Below, piece by piece: positions 63,301 to 64,000 of a stretch of 64,000 bases of DNA. The translations under genes and the position numbers were made by a program. Origin of the DNA: Mobula hypostoma. Lineage: Eukaryota. Position 1 is the first letter of the stretch, and each line of letters begins with the position of its first letter. The DNA lies in NCBI RefSeq assembly GCF_963921235.1, contig NC_086108.1:117802001-117866000 (forward strand), given 5' to 3'. The notes below the pieces were generated by a model. It was not told the DNA's origin, did not search any database, and saw only the letters and a list, made by a program, of their open reading frames with translations.

Positions 63301-64000
63301 CATGGAGAGGTGGTAAATTGGATTAGATATTGGCTCGATGGAAGAAGCCAGAGAGTGGTGGTAGAGAATTGCTTCTCCGAGTGGAGGCCTGTGACTAGTG
63401 GTGTGCCACAGGGATCAGTGCTGGGTCCATTGTTATTTGTCATCTGTATCAATGATCTGGATGATAATGTGGTAAATTGGATCAGCAAGTTTGCTGATGA
63501 TACAAAGATTGGAGGTGTAGTAGACAGTGAGGAAGGTTTTCAGAGCCTGCAGAGGGACTTGGACCAGCTGGAAAAATGGGCGGAAAAATGGCAGATGGAG
63601 TTTAATACTGACAAGTGTGAGGTATTGCACGTTGGAAGGACAAACCAAGGTAGAACATACAGGGTTAATGGTAAGGCACTGAGGAGTGCAGTGGAACAGA
63701 GGGATCTGGGAATACAGATACAAAATTCCCTAAAGTGGTTTCACAGGTAGATAGGATCGTAAAGAGAGCTTTTGGTACATTGGCCTTTATTAATCAAAGT
63801 ATTGAGTAAAAGAGCTGCAATGTTATGATGAGGTTGTATAAGGCATTGGTGAGGCCGAATCTGGAGTATTGTGTTCTGTTTTGGTCACCAAATTACAGGA
63901 AGGATATAAATAAGGTTGAAAGAGTGCAGAGAAGGTTTACAAGGATGTTGCCGGGACATGAGAAACTCAGTTACAGAGAAAGGTTGAATAGGTTAGAACT
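60350..64000 (+). mobile_element. Young CR1 (ORF1 with few stops, long ORF2), continues beyond the window; same subfamily as 46408-48520
   Basis: ORF1 SGNH motifs. ORF2 is open for 518 codons from 61259, followed by RT motifs. Confidence 0.93.
62947..63075 (-). mobile_element. Solo PLE terminal repeat with hammerhead motif (63044-63078), inserted in CR1 ORF2
   Basis: Perfect 17-bp flanking duplication gacagaatctacaagca at 62930-62946 and 63076-63092. Minus-strand RNA GUC-CUGAUGA-AGGGUCUCAGCCU-GAAAC-GUC-GAC. Confidence 0.87.

Noticed and set aside
60350..64000. Autonomous active CR1
   Set aside because: Stops in ORF1 and ORF2 (for example 62813-62815), a PLE insertion and a frameshift near 63735. 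No copy in the window is fully intact.

Overview
Vertebrate genomic DNA, by repeat content most likely a cartilaginous fish such as a ray (inference). Almost all of the window is nested retroelement debris inside introns of one + strand Vav-family RhoGEF gene (VAV3-like). Three coding exons are visible, at 11426-11535, 12212-12313 and 21708-21805, covering the PH C-terminus and the C1 zinc finger. CR1-clade LINEs dominate (ORF1 = zinc finger/coiled coil/SGNH esterase; ORF2 = APE endonuclease + RT). Also present are Rex1/Babar LINEs, an RNase H-bearing I/Nimb-like LINE remnant, Penelope-like element (PLE) ends, a tRNA-derived SINE, two solo-LTR-like repeats, a Gypsy integrase remnant and a mariner remnant. 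Two RNA-level signals stand out. (1) Six of the seven CR1 ORF1/ORF2 junctions that survive carry an exact U_UUA_AAC slippery heptamer at the ORF1 end. Where phase can be read, it leads into an AUG-less ORF2 in the -1 frame, suggesting -1 programmed ribosomal frameshifting. (2) Several PLE terminal repeats carry minimal type I hammerhead ribozymes, including a tandem pair 215 nt apart. Boundaries of decayed repeats are approximate, and family names come from recalled motifs, not from searches.
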